Assembly (NCBI GenBank): GCA_051439505.1
Contig: JBFRWI010000042.1
Location: 1 to 43,503 of the forward strand
Direction: 5' to 3'
Source: Hormoscilla sp.
GTDB taxonomy: Bacteria; Cyanobacteriota; Cyanobacteriia; Cyanobacteriales; Desertifilaceae
Length of the DNA stretch: 43,503 nucleotides
Shown: positions 17,659 through 27,858 of the stretch, one piece after another
Position numbering within the stretch: position 1 is the first letter of the stretch
Layout: the number at the start of each line of letters is the position of its first letter
Notes under the pieces: model-generated
Told to the model about the DNA's origin: nothing
Database searches by the model: none
The model's input: the letters and a program-made list of their open reading frames with translations, nothing else
Program-made: the position numbers and the translations under genes

Positions 17659-17742
17659 GGTTTATTTGCCCCAAGGACTGCAAGTTTATATATTTTGCAG
17701 CCCCCGGAAACTATGGATAGTCAAATTATCCATAGTTTTCAT
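17659..17742 (-). pseudogene. Diverged relic of the ATPase 5' end, starting 3 nt after the aspS stop
   Basis: Reads MKTMDNLTIHSFRGLQNI* versus MKNLENLTIHSFRGLQEI. DNA matches 17503-17585 and is cut off by a REP fragment at 17644-17661. Confidence 0.8.
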
Positions 17743-17745
17743 TCA

Positions 17746-19533
17746 CTAACTCTTGGGTTTATAGGTGGAAGCTACCTGCAATTCTTTCAATTGTTTCTTG
17801 TCCACTCCCGCCGGTGCGTCTGTTAACAAACACCGCGCCTGCTGGGTTTTCGGAAAAGCAATCACATCCCTTATTGACTCTTCTCCTGCTAATAACATTA
17901 CCATTCGGTCTAAACCAAAGGCTATCCCTCCGTGGGGCGGCGTCCCATATTCAAAGGCTTCTAGCAAAAAGCCAAATTTGCTATAGGCTTCCTCCGTCGA
18001 TAAGCCGATCGCGTCAAAGACTCTTTCCTGGATTTCCCGCTGGTAGATACGCAGACTGCCGCCGCCTATCTCCATGCCATTATACACTAAATCGTAGGCG
18101 CAGGCTCTGGCAGTTTTCAAGTCCTCTATATCCTCGGGATGGGGGGCCGTAAAGGGGTGATGTAATGCTTCTAACCGCTTCTCGTCGGCATTCCATTCAA
18201 ACATCGGGAAGTCCGTTACCCACAGCAGGTCGATCTTGCTTTCCTCTATTAACCCTAATTCTTTCCCGATCGCCAACCGCAGTCGATCCAGAGTTTTGTT
18301 GACCACATCGGCGGCATCGGCGGCAAATAATAGCAAATGTCCCGGTTGGGCCCCCGATCGCTTGACAATTTCCTCTTTTTGTGCTGGGCTGAGATTATCT
18401 TTTATGGCGCCAATGGTGTCCAACTGGCCCCCTTCCCGCACCCGGATGTAGGCTAAACCTTTGGCACCTGCTTCGCTAGCTTCCTTGAACAAGTCCCCAC
18501 CGGGTTTGATCCGCACGTTGGAGATGAGTTTGTCCCCCCCGGGAATGGGCAGTATTTTCACTATCCCCCCTTTGGCGATCGCCCCCGCAAACACTTTAAA
18601 CCCCGAATCTTTGACCACGTCAGAGACATCGGCCAGTTCCAAACCAAAGCGAGTATCGGGTTTATCGGATCCGTAACGGGCCATGGCTTCGGCATAGGTC
18701 ATGCGGGGGAAAGGACGGGGTACATCTATCCCTTTAATAGTTTTGAAGATATGACAGACTAACCCTTCATTCAACTGGAGGATATCCTCTTGGGACATAA
18801 AACTCATTTCCATATCCAACTGGGTGAACTCCGGTTGTCTGTCGGCCCGCAAGTCTTCATCCCGGAAGCAACGGGCGATCTGGTAATAGCGATCGAACCC
18901 CGATACCATCAGCAACTGCTTGAAGATCTGGGGTGATTGGGGCAAAGCATACCACTCGCTGGGATTAACGCGACTGGGGACCAGATAGTCCCGCGCCCCT
19001 TCTGGAGTAGACTTGGTCAGGATCGGGGTTTCGATTTCAATGAAGTTTTGTTCGTCTTCCAGGTAGCGGCGGATCGCTTTCACTACCCCGTGGCGCAACT
19101 GGAGATTCCGCGTCATGCGATCGCGCCGCAAGTCCAAATACCGATATTTCAAGCGCAAGTCTTCTCGCACGGACTCCGCCTCCGTAGCGGCCACTTGAAA
19201 AGGCATCTGCTTGTTAACCCCATTCAGCAGTTCGATCCGGTCGGCATAGATTTCCACTTCCCCGGTAGGCAGTTTGGGGTTGAGAGACTCCTCGGGACGG
19301 TTGGTTACTCGGCCCGAGATCTGCACGACATATTCGCTGCGCAGGCGTTCGGCCAAGGAGTAGGAGTCCGGCGTGCGTTCCGGATCGCTGACAATTTGGA
19401 CAACACCGGAGCGATCGCGGAGATCGAGAAAAATCACGCCACCATGATCGCGGCGACGGTCCACCCAACCGCAGAGGGTAACAGTTTCGCCAACGTGGTT
19501 TGCGCGCAGTTCGCCGCAGTAATGAGTTCGCAT
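17746..19533 (-). CDS. aspS: Aspartate--tRNA ligase
   Basis: [78 protein letters not shown]. Start set at MRTHY. Confidence 0.98.
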   Translation of the reverse strand: MRTHYCGELRANHVGETVTLCGWVDRRRDHGGVIFLDLRDRSGVVQIVSDPERTPDSYSLAERLRSEYVVQISGRVTNRPEESLNPKLPTGEVEIYADRIELLNGVNKQMPFQVAATEAESVREDLRLKYRYLDLRRDRMTRNLQLRHGVVKAIRRYLEDEQNFIEIETPILTKSTPEGARDYLVPSRVNPSEWYALPQSPQIFKQLLMVSGFDRYYQIARCFRDEDLRADRQPEFTQLDMEMSFMSQEDILQLNEGLVCHIFKTIKGIDVPRPFPRMTYAEAMARYGSDKPDTRFGLELADVSDVVKDSGFKVFAGAIAKGGIVKILPIPGGDKLISNVRIKPGGDLFKEASEAGAKGLAYIRVREGGQLDTIGAIKDNLSPAQKEEIVKRSGAQPGHLLLFAADAADVVNKTLDRLRLAIGKELGLIEESKIDLLWVTDFPMFEWNADEKRLEALHHPFTAPHPEDIEDLKTARACAYDLVYNGMEIGGGSLRIYQREIQERVFDAIGLSTEEAYSKFGFLLEAFEYGTPPHGGIAFGLDRMVMLLAGEESIRDVIAFPKTQQARCLLTDAPAGVDKKQLKELQVASTYKPKS

Positions 19534-19858
19534 GGTGGTTTTCGCTCTTTTGTTACGTTTGCTATAGTTCATTGACAGCTTTTCATTATAGTAGGGTGGG
19601 CACCGCCCACCAGGTTGTAGCTTGTAGATCGCCCATGACCGAGAAAACTTGGAGGGTTCGGCCCCCGCCCCGACCAACCGGTCCTATGGCTCTTTCTCCA
19701 CCGGTTATCCCGCTCGGTCATCCCCGGGAATTTTGTGGTACGATTGTAACACGAAAAGAGTACGCGAGGAGGGGATGAAACCGAAGGGCGATCGCCAACC
19801 GGTGTATCCCAGGTTGTGGGAGCACTGTGGCCGATAAGAGCATTTCCCGCAAAATTAT

Positions 19859-20392
19859 GTAGGGGCACAGCGCCAGCGTATCAATAGATTATCGGTGAGG
19901 ATGAAAATGTTTGTCTCGCCGTGCCCCGGCAACAGGCGATCGCCTTTTAATTGCTGTATACTGATGCAATGCGATCGTCTTTTAATCGCTGTATTCTGAT
20001 GTTATGCGATCGCCCTTTAACATGCATTCTTGAGATCTGGTCTGGGCGCCGGGGCACGGCAATAGATATCTTTTAGTTTATCCCGAAAAGTTATGGATGC
20101 CGTGCCCCTACCATACTGGTCTATTTATATCTTGATGTCAGACGATCGCTTCTCAACTGTGGCAATAGGTACACAAAAATCATGTAGGGGCACGGCATCA
20201 ACAGATTATCGGGGAAGATGAAAATGTTTGTCTCGCCGTGCCCCGGCAACATGCGATCGCCCAACAATTATGTTTCCCGATGTCATGCGATCGCCCTTAT
20301 TCGGGGGGCGATCGCGTGGGGGCCTGAAACCGGGTTTCTTAATTCCTACCCCCTTTGTGCGCCTGACTTTGTCGCAGAAACCCGGTTTCTGA
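19859..20392. repeat. REP cluster: three GTAGGGGCACGGC...GCCGTGCCCC long-loop elements in alternating orientation, HIP1-rich spacers and a GAAACCGGGTTTC element
   Basis: Copies at ~19859-19944 (+), 20048-20112 (-) and 20185-20261 (+). Copies 1 and 3 share GATTATCGG...GATGAAAATGTTTGTCTCGCCGTGCCCCGGCAACA. GAAACCGGGTTTC...GAAACCCGGTTTC at 20326-20389, with a relative at 33231-33263. Confidence 0.85.
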
Positions 20393-20403
20393 GACTGTCT
20401 GAA

Positions 20404-20922
20404 TTATACAGGGGATGCCGTTTTCATCTCGATTTCTGGTGAATTCCGAATTGCCTCCAGCTTCCTTTTATAGTAATCATCTAATGATGCTATTAACATC
20501 CCGGAGTGAAACTCAATTCCCAAAGCGTAACTAACAGCTAATACGTCCACAAAACTGGCATTTTGATAATCCTTCGCTTCATACTGTTTAATTTGCTCCT
20601 CCGTGCGACTGCAGAGCATACCCAGTTCCTTTTGACTGAGCTTAAAAGCAATTCTCGCTTTAATCATTGCGTCTGATATGCCCTGAATTTCGGTAATACT
20701 CAGACTGATGGGGCGATCGCGATCGTGTGCCAGCAAAATTTCATATTCGACGATTTCTCCCCTGAGACGCATGATCCGACAGTGATAAGAATCTTGTAAC
20801 AGTTGCCAACCATCAGGGTCTTTAAGTTTCTTTTCTTCATTTTCCCGCAGGGTGACGAGCGCTTGGGTAAATCTCTCTACCCAATATTTAGTAATGTTAT
20901 ACTGGTGAGAATCTTTAATCAT
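20404..20922 (-). CDS. XRE-family HTH protein, HigA-antitoxin-like, orphan
   Basis: MIKD..QY..TK N-terminus and IKARIAFKLSQKELG......QIKQYEAKDYQNAS HTH. SD GAGGTGG before ATG 20922. No toxin ORF adjacent. Confidence 0.75.
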   Translation of the reverse strand: MIKDSHQYNITKYWVERFTQALVTLRENEEKKLKDPDGWQLLQDSYHCRIMRLRGEIVEYEILLAHDRDRPISLSITEIQGISDAMIKARIAFKLSQKELGMLCSRTEEQIKQYEAKDYQNASFVDVLAVSYALGIEFHSGMLIASLDDYYKRKLEAIRNSPEIEMKTASPV

Positions 20923-21199
20923 GGTGACCACCTCACTAAATCTATGGCAATAAGACGTTAAATTTTAGTAGGGTGGGCACCGCCCACCAGACGTTACAGG
21001 TACGATTTTTCAGTTCAATTTCCATAAGCGCAATAGGAATTTGTCACGGTGGGTGTTGGGGTAACTGCCGTCAACCCAACCTACAGATCCTTCAAGCTTC
21101 TTATCCATTATAAAACTAAAGCCCGCGCAGGCGGGCTTTGTTCCTGTAGCCCCAGTCTTTAGGCTGGGGGTATTGCGGGTATTGCGGGGTATTGCAGCA

Positions 21200-21619
21200 T
21201 TACTTCCGGTCATCAGAACCGGAAACGGGTTCTGTGAGGGCTTTCCAGGCCGCATCAGCAGCAGAGGAAAGGCGATCGCCCAAGTCTGTCACCTGCTTGA
21301 CCATATCATTCCAATTCTTATCTAAATCCTTTTGCAGCAGATTCATTGACCGTTCAATTTCTGTAGGATCGAACAATTTCTCTTTTTCCACCGCTTCTCT
21401 AGCTTGCGTTACCGCTTTCAGATAGGCTTCGCGAGTAAACTCACCCGCTGCTTGGGCCTCTGACTGGGCCCGCATCTTCAGCGCTTCAAACAGTTTCATG
21501 GTCTCCTGCTGGAGAACCTCGGAAGCATTCGGCATCTCTTTCTTGACGAGGGCTTCTGTTTCTGGACTCACTTCTACCATTCCAGACTCCTTGGGCATAT
21601 TAGGTTCAGTCACGTTCAT
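21200..21619 (-). CDS. Conserved helical hypothetical protein, probably co-transcribed with htpX
   Basis: 139-aa ORF with SD AGGAG, 24 nt downstream of htpX. Confidence 0.8.
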   Translation of the reverse strand: MNVTEPNMPKESGMVEVSPETEALVKKEMPNASEVLQQETMKLFEALKMRAQSEAQAAGEFTREAYLKAVTQAREAVEKEKLFDPTEIERSMNLLQKDLDKNWNDMVKQVTDLGDRLSSAADAAWKALTEPVSGSDDRK

Positions 21620-21643
21620 TTCTCCTGATTATTATTTCACGAT

Positions 21644-22492
21644 CTACAATTCTCGTTCTAACTCTAACAATTTCTCAATCCGCGCCTCAGTCGAGGGGTG
21701 GGTGGAAAACAGATTCCTGAAAAAGTCTCCAGAGAAGGAGTTCATAATCAACAACGGTTCAAAAGCTGGGTTGGCAGCTATTGGCATCTGTCTGGCATTT
21801 GCTTGTAACCGCTGCAAAGCATTTGCCAAAGCGCGAGGGTTACCAGTCAATCTCGCCGCACCCGCATCGGCGGAAAATTCCCGGGTCCGGGAAATGGCCA
21901 TTTGAATGACTGTCGCCGCGATCGGGGTCAAGATGGCGATCAACACCATGGCCAAAGGGTTGGGACCGCGATCGTTATCTCGCGAACCTCCAAACCACAT
22001 AGCGTACCTCGCCATTTCTGCCAGGAACGAGATGGCACTAGCAACGGTAGCTGCCACAGCTTGAGTTAAAGTATCCCGGTTAGCAATATGGCTGAGTTCG
22101 TGAGCGAGCACCCCTTCCACTTCATCTGGTGGTAAAATACTTAAAATACCTTCGGTAACTGCAACTGCTGCATGTTCGGGATCCCGTCCCGTGGCAAAGG
22201 CGTTCGCTGCGGAACTCGGTACAATGTATACTCCGGGCATCGGTAAACTAGCGCGGTTACTCAGTCGTTCCACCATCGCATACAATTCTGGGGCTTGACT
22301 GGCATCGACTTGTTGGGCATTATAAGCACCAAGGGCAATCTTATCCGAGAAAAACCAGGAACCCAGGTTCATCCCGGCGGCTATTACCAGGCCAATAAAT
22401 GCCCCAGAAGTGCCCCCGATCGCCCAATAGCTGACTGCGATCAGCAGACCACTCAGCAGACCTAGCAAAGCGGCTGTTTTGAATTGATTCAT
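21644..22492 (-). CDS. htpX: Zinc metalloprotease HtpX (M48)
   Basis: NAFATGRDPEHAAVAVTEG, HELSH (HExxH), ISRTREFSAD, FSTHP. Confidence 0.96.
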   Translation of the reverse strand: MNQFKTAALLGLLSGLLIAVSYWAIGGTSGAFIGLVIAAGMNLGSWFFSDKIALGAYNAQQVDASQAPELYAMVERLSNRASLPMPGVYIVPSSAANAFATGRDPEHAAVAVTEGILSILPPDEVEGVLAHELSHIANRDTLTQAVAATVASAISFLAEMARYAMWFGGSRDNDRGPNPLAMVLIAILTPIAATVIQMAISRTREFSADAGAARLTGNPRALANALQRLQANARQMPIAANPAFEPLLIMNSFSGDFFRNLFSTHPSTEARIEKLLELEREL

Positions 22493-22558
22493 TGCACCCG
22501 ATCTCCTTTAAGCAATAGCTGATATCATCTATTATAGGAGCTATTGCCGATTTCCCTC

Positions 22559-22625
22559 ATTATATCGCTCTAATTCTCAGTCTGCGATCCGGGATCCTCC
22601 CCTGGCCAGGTGCGGGTTAACCCAC
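22559..22625 (-). promoter_or_regulatory. Putative htpX promoter: TATAAT -10 plus K-box-like palindrome
   Basis: TATAAT on the minus strand at 22559-22564. GTGGGTTAACCCGCAC at 22610-22625 sits at about -73..-58 and partly matches the K-box GTTCGG-NNAN-CCNNAC. Confidence 0.4.
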
Positions 22626-22636
22626 CTGTCTTGCTA

Positions 22637-22810
22637 TATAGTAAGTCGTACAGGACTTATGTAACTGAGGTGGGGTTGAAATTATTATCAGGCGGTGAGA
22701 TTGCTTCGGGGTATCTTTACGGGGATTATTAAAATGTCGGTTGGTATCGCCCCTCGCAATGACAAATTATAGTTATTAAAAGATCGGTACCCACTACCCA
22801 AAATTTGCAC
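22637..22810. mobile_element. TATAG-ended MITE / dispersed repeat, copy 2 of 706-899
   Basis: Direct alignment with 706-876. Confidence 0.7.
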
Positions 22811-22866
22811 GGGATACGCTATTATTTAGGCTTGCTAAAGTAGTATTTTAATCAATTATCAGGCCC

Positions 22867-23265
22867 ATGCTCCAAGACCCCACTATTCGCAATCCTATTG
22901 CTATCAGTTTTGGCGCGATCGCAGGTGCCCTTTGTCGCTATTATCTCACCTTATGGTTTGTCCAGCGCTTGGGCACTGCTTTTCCCTACGGCACCTTTTT
23001 CATTAACCTTACGGGTTGCTTTGCCATGGGATTATTCATTACTCTTATATCACAGAGAGTATTTATACTGCCCCCAGAAGTGCAATTATTGATTACCACG
23101 GGTTTCCTCGGCGCTTACACTACTTTCTCTACCTATGGCTTAGAATCATTTACCATGCTGCGCGATCGCCCTTTAGTTGCTGCCCTGTTGTACTGGGCTG
23201 GCAGTGCTATGCTGGGAATAGTCAGCGTGCAGTTGGGGGCGATAGTTGCCCGCTTAGGATCCTAA
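22867..23265 (+). CDS. crcB: Fluoride efflux channel CrcB/Fluc
   Basis: [35 protein letters not shown]. Confidence 0.97.
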   Translation: MLQDPTIRNPIAISFGAIAGALCRYYLTLWFVQRLGTAFPYGTFFINLTGCFAMGLFITLISQRVFILPPEVQLLITTGFLGAYTTFSTYGLESFTMLRDRPLVAALLYWAGSAMLGIVSVQLGAIVARLGS

Positions 23266-23762
23266 ATCGTCACAGTTGCAAGTAGGGTGGGCACCGCCCA
23301 CCAGCTGCTGGTGTTATCTTTTTTCCCAAACTATTTTTTGCAGCACCCGATCGCCACCATGTCAAAAGTATAAAAGCGATCGCAGCTATTCCCGCCCAGT
23401 TAACGATATCGAGATTCAAGGAATAGTGATATAATTGGGAGGATAAACTGCTATAGTGACGAGAATGGGAGTTGTCATAATAAGCTGCGTAAAATCCAGA
23501 TGGCATTAACCTCATCAGACTATCATATAGCATGGAAAGCTTATCATAAACGCCTGCCAGTCAGATGTAATGGGGATTTAATCAAAGAAGAGAAAAACTT
23601 GCTGCTGCAAAATCCCCGTAATTTTAGATTAGATACAGTCTGGTAAAAATAATGCTCGGCAACTAAGCGCGCTTTGCGCTTACTACAAACCTTGCGTAGC
23701 TGCGAGCAACATCCTAGACTAAAGGGCAGCAGACAATATAGATGGAACTAGGAGGGTTTAAC

Positions 23763-25154
23763 TTGACACAGAACAATACTTCTTCCCTCCAGACGATCTC
23801 GCGCCGCGAACTGTGCGAATTAGTCCGATCGCAGTTGCAAGCACTGCTAGAAGTCGCAGACTTCCAGGGCGCTAAGGCGATCCTCAAACCAGTGCAACCG
23901 GCTGATATTGCCGAGGCGATCGAAGGATTGCCCGAAACCCAGCAGGCGATCGCCTTCCGCTTGCTCTCGAAAGCAGAGGCGATCGAAGTATATGAAAATC
24001 TCGACTCGACAGCCCAGCAGACCCTGCTGGAAAAATTTCAGCGTACCGAAGCGATCGATATTGTCGAGAAAATGTCGCCAGATGACCGGGCCCGGCTATT
24101 TGACGAGTTACCAGCCAAAGTCGTGAAGCGTTTACTGGCCCAACTGAGTTCAGAAGAACGCCAAGCGACTAACCTGCTGTTGGGATATGAAGCAGATACT
24201 GCTGGACGGATCATGACCCCAGAGTATATCTCCCTCAAAGAAAACTTTACCGTCAGCGAAACCCTAGATCGCATTCGCAGTTCATCCCACGTCAGCGAAA
24301 CCATCTATTACCTGTACATCACCGACGCCGCGCGACGCCTGACGGGGACTCTGTCTTTGCGAGATTTAGTCACTTCCGGGCCCGAGAGTCCCATTGGCGA
24401 GATCATGACCCGCGACCCAGTATGTGTCCATACTGACACGGACCAGGAAGAAGTGGCCCGGCTGATTCAGCGCTATGATTTTCTGGCAGTGCCAGTCACC
24501 GACAGAGAACAGCGTCTGGTGGGCATTATCACCGTCGATGACGTGATTGACATTATCGAACAGGAAGCTACCGAAGATATTTATGCTCTCAGCGGCGTGC
24601 AGTCGGACGGTGATAACTATTTTCAGACAAATTTGCTCACAGTAGCCCGCCGACGGGTGATGTGGCTGTTGATTTTGCTACTAACCAATACGGTGACCGG
24701 CTCAATTATCAAGTCTCAAGAGGATCTGCTAACTCGCTTGGCGGTGCTGGCGGCCTTTATCCCCTTGCTGACTGGTACGGGTGGAAATGTAGGCGCCCAG
24801 TCCTCTACAGTGGTAATTCGCGGGTTGAATACCGATGAGATTCGTTCCCTGGGCGTGGCCCAGGTGATTGGGCGAGAGGCGATCGCGGGAGCCTTACTTG
24901 GCGCTACACTAGGTATACTCGCGACAATTTGGGCCTATTGGCTGGACGGGAATCTCTCTGTTGCCCTAGCGGTAGGAAGTTCCCTGATGGCAATTTCCCT
25001 ACTGGCGTCTGTTGCCGGTTCCAGTTTGCCCTTTTTGTTTCGTTACCTGGGGTTAGATCCGGCGCTGATGTCAGCACCGTTTATCACCACAGCCGTTGAT
25101 GTGTTGGGAGTGCTAATCTATTTTAATATTGCTAGGCTGATTTTGGTCATGTAA
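23763..25154 (+). CDS. mgtE: Magnesium transporter MgtE
   Basis: MgtE_N (PADIAE, MSPDDRARL), CBS pair (TAGRIMTPEY, GIITVDD), TM region GTGGNVGAQ and DPALMSAPFITTAVD. TTG 23763 follows GGAGG; alternative ATG at 23742. Confidence 0.96.
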   Translation: MTQNNTSSLQTISRRELCELVRSQLQALLEVADFQGAKAILKPVQPADIAEAIEGLPETQQAIAFRLLSKAEAIEVYENLDSTAQQTLLEKFQRTEAIDIVEKMSPDDRARLFDELPAKVVKRLLAQLSSEERQATNLLLGYEADTAGRIMTPEYISLKENFTVSETLDRIRSSSHVSETIYYLYITDAARRLTGTLSLRDLVTSGPESPIGEIMTRDPVCVHTDTDQEEVARLIQRYDFLAVPVTDREQRLVGIITVDDVIDIIEQEATEDIYALSGVQSDGDNYFQTNLLTVARRRVMWLLILLLTNTVTGSIIKSQEDLLTRLAVLAAFIPLLTGTGGNVGAQSSTVVIRGLNTDEIRSLGVAQVIGREAIAGALLGATLGILATIWAYWLDGNLSVALAVGSSLMAISLLASVAGSSLPFLFRYLGLDPALMSAPFITTAVDVLGVLIYFNIARLILVM

Positions 25155-25281
25155 CAACTGACGCTCCGTTGGCTATTGGATGCCCGTGATTAGCGCCGTT
25201 CCCTATGGGTAGAAGCTGCCCACTGGCAGCACGGCTAACCCGCACTGCCAACAAATAACAACTGACAAATAATAACTGACA

Positions 25282-27588
25282 ATGGAAAATAACCGCAAGT
25301 GGCTAGAAGTTGCTGAATATATATCGATTATTGGCTCGGCTGTAGGTGCAGGTTTAGCTGTAATATTGGAACATGTAGTCTATGTAGCAGCACCGGTTTC
25401 TCTCTCCCTATTCTTGAATCTCTTAAATCGACAAAGGTTAGAGCGGGAATACAGGGAAAGAAATACAGGGGGAATTTCTCCAGTAACTCAGCAACTATCA
25501 GAGGATATTGAGGCTCTCCGTTCTTCTGTTTTGGCAATGGCAGCTGATGTAGCTTTTAATAGAATAGAAGAATCGATCGAAGAACTGGCAGCAGAAATCA
25601 CTACTAGCCAAAAAAAATTGATTCAGCGGATGGATGGCTTAGAGGCGATCGATATTAATCAGATTCAAGCAGAAATTGTCCAGTTGCGCAACCAATCTAG
25701 CTACTTGCTGGAATCTCTCGCTAATGTGCTCCAGCGCCTGGATAATTTGCCCGCAACAGAGAAGATCGACTCTGCCGAAAGTAGGTTGACCCGGATAATT
25801 ACAGAAATGACGACCGCAGAATCGATGCATCTGGAGGCGATGCGCAAGGATTACGAACAGCTGCGATCGCAAGGAGAGCGGTTACAATTATCTCTGGAAA
25901 CTGTCAAGCATCAGCTAGAGAATGTCATCAGTTATAGCAGCAATTATACTCAAAGCGACCTCAGTAATCTGGCAGAAAGAATTACCGCCCTCCAAACAGA
26001 GATGCAAACTCGTTTCGCTGACTTGAATATTGAAAGTTTACAGACAACATCTAGCCAATTGGATGGCATGGGAGAGCAGATAGCCCAACTGTCATCTGAA
26101 TCTGCAAATCTGCTGAATAACATTGTTAATGTCACTCAGCGTCTAGAGAATTTGCCCCTTCCCTCATCATCTGTTACCCCGGAAATGTTTGCAAGTGCGA
26201 TCGGGGAACTTGACAAAAAAATCAACAAGCTCGATGGAGATTTACGACAGCGGGAGGTGAATCAAAGTCCTAATTTTGAGCCAATCATAGCAGAAATATC
26301 CCAGTTAAAAAATATGTATGCTGCCTGGGAATCCCGTGGACTCGGGGAGAGTGCAAGAGAAAAAGAGTCCCAATGGCTGCGATCGCAGATGGAGATATTG
26401 ACTCATCAGTATGAGTCTTTGCAGTCAACTCTGTCAAGTTTACAGGCCAAGACTCCGGCACTGCAAACGCCTGAGAGTAGCAGCTTATCAGATAAGGCGG
26501 AAAAATGGCTGGGGAACGTGATCCAGGGGATTGAGGGGAGAAAACCAAGTAAGTCAACCCCAGAAATAGAATTGGAAGATTTGGAAGATGATGATGATTT
26601 CTTTGACGATGAAGAGATCGCAGAAGAGGAAGCGCCAGCAGTTGCACCCGCAACTCCAAGATCTGAAGATGAAAATAGGGACTGGAAATGCGTCCGGACT
26701 CTGACGGGAAGCGCCAGTGTAGTCAGGAGTATCGCCCTCAGTCCGGATGGCAAGACAATTGTCAGCGGTGATTATGAGGCGATCGGGGTTTGGGATGTCA
26801 GTACGGGACAATTGCGGCAAACCCTGAAGCTAGATGCCGCAGAAATATCCGTAAGCGCGATCGCCCTGAGTCCCGATGGCAAGACAGTAGTGGGTGCCAC
26901 CGGAGAGGTAGAGATTTGGGATTTAGGAACGGGAGAAGGGGTCGGGACCTTAGAAACGGAAGATTGGACAACGGTAGTCGCGATCGGTCCCGATGGCCAG
27001 AAGATGGCCAGTGGGGGTGCAGATCCAGTAGATCAAAATGGTTCGGTACAGCTGTGGAATTTTGCCGCCAGGGAAGTAATACGCACCAGTTATTGCGTGG
27101 AACGGGAGATTTATGCCCTGGCCTTCAGTAACGACGGACAGATGCTAGCGGTTGGGGGCGGAAATCCTGAGAAGGAAAAGGGCATCCTCCAGCTGTGGCA
27201 TGTCAACAGTGATAAACCTCTGTGCAATTTAGAACCGGCAGTCACAATTTATGCCGTTGCCATCACTGCCGACGGGCAAATGGTTGTGGGCGGTTGTAGC
27301 GATAATACCATTAAAATCTGGAATCCCGCTACCAGTGGATTAGTCCAGACTCTTAGCGGACATGCAGGAAAAGTATATGCGATCGCCATTAGTCCGGATG
27401 GTAAACTGTTAGCGAGTGGCAGTGGTGACGAGAAGATCAAGATTTGGAATTTAGAGACAGGGGAAATAGTAGATACATTATCAGGGCATACCGGGGGAGT
27501 AAGAACAATTGCCTTTAGTTCCGATGGCAAAACCTTAGTGAGTGGTGCCCAGGACATGACCATGAAGATTTGGCAGCGAGATGGATAG
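25282..27588 (+). CDS. Coiled-coil protein with N-terminal membrane anchor, acidic linker and C-terminal WD40 propeller
   Basis: Hydrophobic residues ~12-45, long heptad region, EDLEDDDDFFDDEE linker, about seven WD40 repeats (LSGH...AISPDG...SGSGD..IKIWN). Confidence 0.9.
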   Translation: MENNRKWLEVAEYISIIGSAVGAGLAVILEHVVYVAAPVSLSLFLNLLNRQRLEREYRERNTGGISPVTQQLSEDIEALRSSVLAMAADVAFNRIEESIEELAAEITTSQKKLIQRMDGLEAIDINQIQAEIVQLRNQSSYLLESLANVLQRLDNLPATEKIDSAESRLTRIITEMTTAESMHLEAMRKDYEQLRSQGERLQLSLETVKHQLENVISYSSNYTQSDLSNLAERITALQTEMQTRFADLNIESLQTTSSQLDGMGEQIAQLSSESANLLNNIVNVTQRLENLPLPSSSVTPEMFASAIGELDKKINKLDGDLRQREVNQSPNFEPIIAEISQLKNMYAAWESRGLGESAREKESQWLRSQMEILTHQYESLQSTLSSLQAKTPALQTPESSSLSDKAEKWLGNVIQGIEGRKPSKSTPEIELEDLEDDDDFFDDEEIAEEEAPAVAPATPRSEDENRDWKCVRTLTGSASVVRSIALSPDGKTIVSGDYEAIGVWDVSTGQLRQTLKLDAAEISVSAIALSPDGKTVVGATGEVEIWDLGTGEGVGTLETEDWTTVVAIGPDGQKMASGGADPVDQNGSVQLWNFAAREVIRTSYCVEREIYALAFSNDGQMLAVGGGNPEKEKGILQLWHVNSDKPLCNLEPAVTIYAVAITADGQMVVGGCSDNTIKIWNPATSGLVQTLSGHAGKVYAIAISPDGKLLASGSGDEKIKIWNLETGEIVDTLSGHTGGVRTIAFSSDGKTLVSGAQDMTMKIWQRDG

Positions 27589-27683
27589 ATGATAGATGGA
27601 TGTCAAATATAAGAGAATAATTAATAAACTTCGCTGTCAGTCCGCCGTGGGTTGCAAACCCCCGGCGGGATAACAGCGAAGTG

Positions 27684-27733
27684 ACTATCTTGATGATAGC
27701 CGATCGCACCTGTTCTGTCAAGGGGCGATCGCC
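27684..27733 (-). promoter_or_regulatory. Sigma70-type promoter, copy 1 (TTGACA-N17-TATCAT)
   Basis: Minus-strand -35 at 27716-27721 and -10 at 27693-27698; part of a 50-bp repeat shared with 28418-28467. Confidence 0.65.
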
Positions 27734-27841
27734 AGTGAGTGGTGCCCAGGACATGACCATGAATATTTGGCAGCGATGTGCGACGGGCAGTACGAGTAGT
27801 GCGCCCGGAGTACATCGAAGAGAGGGATAGATGGGTGTCAA
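27734..27841 (+). repeat. Duplicate of the WD40 gene 3' end and trailer, with a ~45-nt insertion
   Basis: 27734-27776 matches 27537-27579 with one mismatch. GATAGATGGGTGTCAA matches GATAGATGGATGTCAA at 27591-27606. Confidence 0.85.
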
Positions 27842-27858
27842 GGATAAGATCTAATGAT

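Noticed and set aside
19534..19677. N-terminal extension of AspS
   Set aside because: Runs through a REP (GGRCPPY); the conserved start is MRTHYCG at 19533.
22811..22866. Fluoride riboswitch upstream of crcB
   Set aside because: No GGxGATGG...TGATG consensus visible; a MITE occupies the upstream region.
23270..23533. 87-aa minus-strand ORF
   Set aside because: Ends in REP-derived sequence and shows no recognisable family; it may be a gene fragment but I cannot support a call.
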